Below are positions 59,845 to 64,000 of a DNA stretch of 64,000 nucleotides, piece by piece. The position numbers and the translations under genes were made by a program. The notes below the pieces were generated by a model. That model saw only the letters and a list, made by a program, of their open reading frames with translations. It made no database searches and was not told the DNA's origin. Source of the stretch: Promethearchaeota archaeon. Its GTDB lineage: Archaea; Asgardarchaeota; Lokiarchaeia; Sigyniarchaeales; SOKP01. The stretch spans positions 64,001 through 128,000 of the forward strand of contig JAHLWP010000004.1 of NCBI GenBank assembly GCA_019057865.1, written 5' to 3'. Position 1 is the first letter of the stretch, and each line of letters opens with the position of its first letter.

Positions 59845-60879
59845 TTATATAATATTTGCAGTAACTTCCCTTAATCTTTTTTCTGCACCCTTAACGATCT
59901 CTTCAATAATATCTTTAACATTATCTATAGAGTTAATTACTCCAATACTCTGACCAAGAAGAACTGCTCCATCTTCAATATTTCCATCATATGTCATTTC
60001 ATAATTCTTTTGATCTTCTAAAGCTATTTCTGGAGTTAATTGTGCCTCTAATGCCATTTTTTCTTCTTTAGAAGATACTACACCATGGTGTAGGGAATAA
60101 TTATTTTTCCAGAGGCGTATAGGTCCTAAAACACCTGTAACCCACATAGTATCTTGAGCTTTAGCAGGAGGAATTATATTTTTATAATTATCATGAAATT
60201 CACTTTCTTTTGATGCTATAAACCTGGAACCCATTGCGATCGCTCCCGCCCCCATTGCTAAGGCAGATGCTAGACCATCTCCACTTGCAAATCCCCCACA
60301 TGCAATCATAGGAGTGTCAGGGAATGCTTGTTTTACCTGTTGGATTAAGACTAAGGTAGATATTTTTTCATAACTCTGATGCCCTCCCCCTTCAAGACCA
60401 GTAACTACAAGGCCATCCACTTCAGCAGTAACACATTTATCAACAAGCCATAATGCAGGAGCCACATGAAAATGCTTTATATTAGAGCCAGCTTCTTTCA
60501 ATCTCTCATATGAATTATTATGTATCATTTTTGGAGTACCTGCGCTAGTAATTGCATAAATACATTGATCCCTAAGTTTTGGATTGTTCCTAATAAATCT
60601 AGGAATTGCTCGACATAAACCTGGAGCATCAACTTGCAATCTTGATGTTCTTATGTTGAATCCGAAAGGTTTATCAGTGTGTTCAATTACTCGCACCATA
60701 TTTTTCTTCAATTCTTCTGTGCTACTTTTTCCAAATAAATTAGTATGGCTTAATACTCCTAAACCTCCCGCTTCAGAAACGGCAATAGTTAATTCTGTTG
60801 TGTAAAAGGGACCCATAGGAGCAGCAATAATAGGATGTTTAATTCCTAACATCTCAGTTATATTAGTTTTTATAACCAT
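59845..60879 (-). CDS. Nitronate monooxygenase / FabK-like flavoenzyme
   Basis: HPIIAAPM, AVSEAGGLG, EGGGH, ACGG, MGSRF. Confidence 0.9.
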   Translation of the reverse strand: MVIKTNITEMLGIKHPIIAAPMGPFYTTELTIAVSEAGGLGVLSHTNLFGKSSTEELKKNMVRVIEHTDKPFGFNIRTSRLQVDAPGLCRAIPRFIRNNPKLRDQCIYAITSAGTPKMIHNNSYERLKEAGSNIKHFHVAPALWLVDKCVTAEVDGLVVTGLEGGGHQSYEKISTLVLIQQVKQAFPDTPMIACGGFASGDGLASALAMGAGAIAMGSRFIASKESEFHDNYKNIIPPAKAQDTMWVTGVLGPIRLWKNNYSLHHGVVSSKEEKMALEAQLTPEIALEDQKNYEMTYDGNIEDGAVLLGQSIGVINSIDNVKDIIEEIVKGAEKRLREVTANII

Positions 60880-61305
60880 TAACTTATACCTTCTTTCCTC
60901 TTTTTTAGTATTAATAATATTATTGATAGTGAAAAATAAAGAACTTATATAAACTTTGTATCCATTTAAAAAGAATTAAATTAAAATTAGATATTTTTGA
61001 TAAAAAAAGTTATAAAATACTTAAGCTAAGAATTAAGTTCTGAGCAAATTTTTTTCTTTCAAGCATTTAAAATATGAAAACACATTTTCCCACAGAATTC
61101 CCATTAATCTCTTAAGAAGAAAAAGCAAATTCATAATGAATATGATTTCTGAGCTTATCTTCCCCTAATAATCTATATTTCTTTATTAGTGAATTTTATT
61201 TATGTAGTATTTGAGGTATTATTAACTACTTCTAACTTTTTTTTGGTGAAATGATTATAATATTATTTAGAAATTTTTAATTTTTAAATTAGATTAAAGA
61301 AAATT

Positions 61306-62280
61306 ATGTGCCCAGATATAATTTCGTTAGGAGAATTATTAGTTGAGATAATGCGGAGTAATGTGGATATCCCACATGGAAGAATAGGCGCTATTTACAA
61401 AGGACCTTTTCCAAGTGGGGCTCCAGCGATATTTATTGACTCAGCAGCGCGAATGGGAAGGCAATTTAATTTATCAACTGGTTTTATAGGAGTAGTAGGA
61501 GATGATGAATTTGGAGAATGTATTATTAATAAATTGAAAAATGACAGAGTAGATATTTCCCAAATTAAAGTCTTAAAGGATTCAACTACAGGAATAGCAT
61601 TCAATCAATATAATTCTGATGGTTCACGTAAATTTATTTTTGCAGCTGGAGCTGCTGGAAAAACATCTCCTCATGATATAAAAGAAAATTATTTTTCAAA
61701 AATAAAAAGTTTGCATATAATGGGCAGTGCTCTCTCAATTAGTGAGAGTTCTCGAGAAGCATGTTACAAAGCCTTGAAAATAGCAAAACAAAAGAATCCA
61801 AGTGTTATTGTCTCATTTGATCCAAATATAAGACCTGAAATGCTTGATTTGAATACAATAAGAAGAATTTGTAAACCTGTATTAAAAGAAACAGATATTT
61901 TAATGCCAAGTGGAGAAGAGGCTGAAATGTTAGCAGGAGTTAAAGGTGAGAAAGAAGCCAGTATTAAGCTATTAGAAATGGGATCTAAATTGGTTGTGTT
62001 AAAGCAAGGAAAAGAAGGATGCATGATTTTTTCTTCTGAAAACCTGGATGGAGTAAAAGTTTCTGGATTTAAAGTGAATCAAGTTGATCCTACTGGAGCA
62101 GGAGATTCTTTTGGAGGAGCATTCATGGTGGGGTATTTGGTGGATTGGGAATTAGTAAAAATTGCTAAATTTGCTAACGCTGTGGGGGCTTTAAAAGTCG
62201 CCAAATTTGGTCCAATGCCAGATACAACTTATGATGAAGTTTTAGAATTAATTAAAGCAAATGAAAGCGAAATAGAATAA
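61306..62280 (+). CDS. PfkB-family carbohydrate kinase
   Basis: SGAPA, GVVGDDEFG, FDPNIRP, DPTGAGDSFGG. Confidence 0.93.
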   Translation: MCPDIISLGELLVEIMRSNVDIPHGRIGAIYKGPFPSGAPAIFIDSAARMGRQFNLSTGFIGVVGDDEFGECIINKLKNDRVDISQIKVLKDSTTGIAFNQYNSDGSRKFIFAAGAAGKTSPHDIKENYFSKIKSLHIMGSALSISESSREACYKALKIAKQKNPSVIVSFDPNIRPEMLDLNTIRRICKPVLKETDILMPSGEEAEMLAGVKGEKEASIKLLEMGSKLVVLKQGKEGCMIFSSENLDGVKVSGFKVNQVDPTGAGDSFGGAFMVGYLVDWELVKIAKFANAVGALKVAKFGPMPDTTYDEVLELIKANESEIE

Positions 62281-62281
62281 A

Positions 62282-64000
62282 TCATATTTTTTTCAAATGC
62301 AGTGAGTAAATACTAATTTCTGCAATTTTATTATTTTTTACTTCAAAATAACGAAATCCTGGAGGTTTATATCTTCTAAAACGCGAATTTATAGGACCAA
62401 GTGCTTGGGTTTGAAAGATAAAAGGCTTATTTACATCAAACCAAATACTTAAATCCATTGGATCTTCGAATTTATTGATAAAATCTCTATATCTATCTGC
62501 ATAGACTTCACAAGGAACATCAATAAAAATAGGAGCAAAAAGATATCCTATACTTAATCTTTCTGCTTCCACTTTTTTAGCTTCTTTTAACCTGAATTCT
62601 TTAACGGTATGAGTATGCCCACATAAAATTAGATCCACTTTTCTTTTAATAATTTCATCAGATCCAGTAAGTATTCTTAATAGATCTGGCCAGTTATACA
62701 TAATGGTTTCATATTTTAAATTAAAGAGAGTATCTAATCTTGAACTTCCTAATTTTTTTCTCAAATTATCTTCATAGAAATCAGACCATTTAAGCTTTCT
62801 ATATTTTATTTTCAATTTTTTTCTATATTTTCTTCTTTTAAGAATGCTTAAGTTTGGTGAAACAGGAGGTGTATGCATTACAATTATTATTTTTTCATCT
62901 TTACATAACTTTATATGTGCTCTCAATAAATCTATTTGATAATCTTTTAATCCTCTTGTGCTTGGAGCACCTCTAATAAGGTCATGAATATCCGCAATCG
63001 AATCTCTTCCTGTATCAACGAATATGAAATTAAAATTACCAATCTTTACTTTATAGTTAAGATTAGGATTGAAATATGTAAAATAATCTTTTAAAAATAT
63101 TCGTTTAGAGTACAGAGCTCTAATATAGCTAAAATCTTTGCTATCTTCATAATTTTTTATATCTTTTCTGGAAACTCCAAAGATTTTATGAATATTTCCT
63201 AATTTTATACTATAATGTCCTCTTCGATAATCATGATTTCCTGGAATTGTAAATATGGGACATAGAATCTCTTTTTTATTAATGTATTCCTTATCTGTTA
63301 TTAAAAAAGGAGGTTTATTTAACCCTTTATTCAAACCAAGTAATATTTCAAATAAAACATGGAAATTGTTATTATAATCTTCATCATAGTTAGCTGGTTC
63401 AACATAGTCTACCAAATCACCACCAAGCAGAATAAAATCAAATTTATTATCATTTACAAAACTAATTAGCTTTCTTAAGTGATAATTAAAATTATAATTG
63501 GCACTGCGAAGGTCTTTAAATCTATACAATTGAAATCCTTTTTTAAAATCAAAATCTCTCTCTAACATAAATTTCTTAGTTTTACTAGGAATTCTAATGC
63601 TTTTACTCCGCTTTTTGACCTTCTCTCTTGTTCTCTCTTTTAAAAATTTTGAAATAAAATCGTTCCTTCTGGCTATATGTAAATCTGTTGCATGAATAAA
63701 TTTTAAATTTTCTAAACCTTTATTAAATAAAGCAAGACTGTGAAAATTGGTGATTTCTTCATTTCTATTAGGAATTCGATAAATTATATCAAACAAAATA
63801 AATCTTCTTTCAGTTTTTTTAAATAATGCTTCGATACTTCTAATATCACTGATCTCAAATACAATCTTAAATAATTCATTTCTTTCTCCAAAGATTCCTT
63901 CTTCTTTTAAAATTGTATGCTGTAAATCAAAAAGAATACAATTTTCTTCTTTTAAGAGATTATTTTCACTAATGTTTTTATTTAAACTGGTTATTTCAAT
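62282..64000 (-). CDS. Calcineurin-like metallophosphoesterase; 5' end lies beyond the window
   Basis: TDLH, GGDLVD, PGNHD, MHTP, CGHTH; frame has no stop from 63796 to 64000. Confidence 0.85.
   Translation of the reverse strand: MEITSLNKNISENNLLKEENCILFDLQHTILKEEGIFGERNELFKIVFEISDIRSIEALFKKTERRFILFDIIYRIPNRNEEITNFHSLALFNKGLENLKFIHATDLHIARRNDFISKFLKERTREKVKKRSKSIRIPSKTKKFMLERDFDFKKGFQLYRFKDLRSANYNFNYHLRKLISFVNDNKFDFILLGGDLVDYVEPANYDEDYNNNFHVLFEILLGLNKGLNKPPFLITDKEYINKKEILCPIFTIPGNHDYRRGHYSIKLGNIHKIFGVSRKDIKNYEDSKDFSYIRALYSKRIFLKDYFTYFNPNLNYKVKIGNFNFIFVDTGRDSIADIHDLIRGAPSTRGLKDYQIDLLRAHIKLCKDEKIIIVMHTPPVSPNLSILKRRKYRKKLKIKYRKLKWSDFYEDNLRKKLGSSRLDTLFNLKYETIMYNWPDLLRILTGSDEIIKRKVDLILCGHTHTVKEFRLKEAKKVEAERLSIGYLFAPIFIDVPCEVYADRYRDFINKFEDPMDLSIWFDVNKPFIFQTQALGPINSRFRRYKPPGFRYFEVKNNKIAEISIYSLHLKKI

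Noticed and set aside
60880-61305. Possible small ORF or gene remnant in a long intergenic region
   Set aside because: Only short, stop-interrupted frames with no recognisable motif
875-62024. Many short ORFs in the track nested in or antisense to longer genes (e.g. 1863, 2774, 4065, 15132, 21679, 26165, 43145, 51845, 61764)
   Set aside because: Shadow frames of well-supported genes with no independent evidence
1-64000. tRNA, rRNA, CRISPR arrays, IS transposases, integrases
   Set aside because: None recognised by eye; tRNAscan-SE or Infernal would be needed to exclude small RNAs

Overview
Very AT-rich, gene-dense archaeal chromosome segment. The gene content points to an Asgard archaeon, most likely Lokiarchaeia (inference): an actin-related protein, a roadblock-Rab-like GTPase fusion, longin domains, a JAMM/MPN protein, PCI-like winged helices, LRR proteins and archaeal RadA. 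Most of the window is housekeeping or metabolic (radA, pgi-like, guaB, purH, folD, comDE, thrC-like, Ca2+-type P-ATPase, ABC/ECF/ZIP transporters). The strongest unexplained structure is at 10640-13009. An intact acyl-CoA synthetase beta gene is followed by a free-standing HTH/zinc-ribbon/Vsr-like endonuclease and then an orphan, heavily synonymously recoded copy of the same gene's last ~70 codons. This looks like a selfish endonuclease that invaded the gene and supplied a replacement 3' end. Other notable items are an in-frame TGA at a Cys-aligned position in a flavin reductase, a 1901-aa receptor-like protein with a cytoplasmic longin domain, an actin homologue with a double zinc-ribbon insertion, SSUH2-like and UFL1-like proteins, and a 53-aa ORF missed by the ORF track. 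No tRNA, rRNA or CRISPR array was recognised. All calls come from motif recognition by eye, with no database searches.
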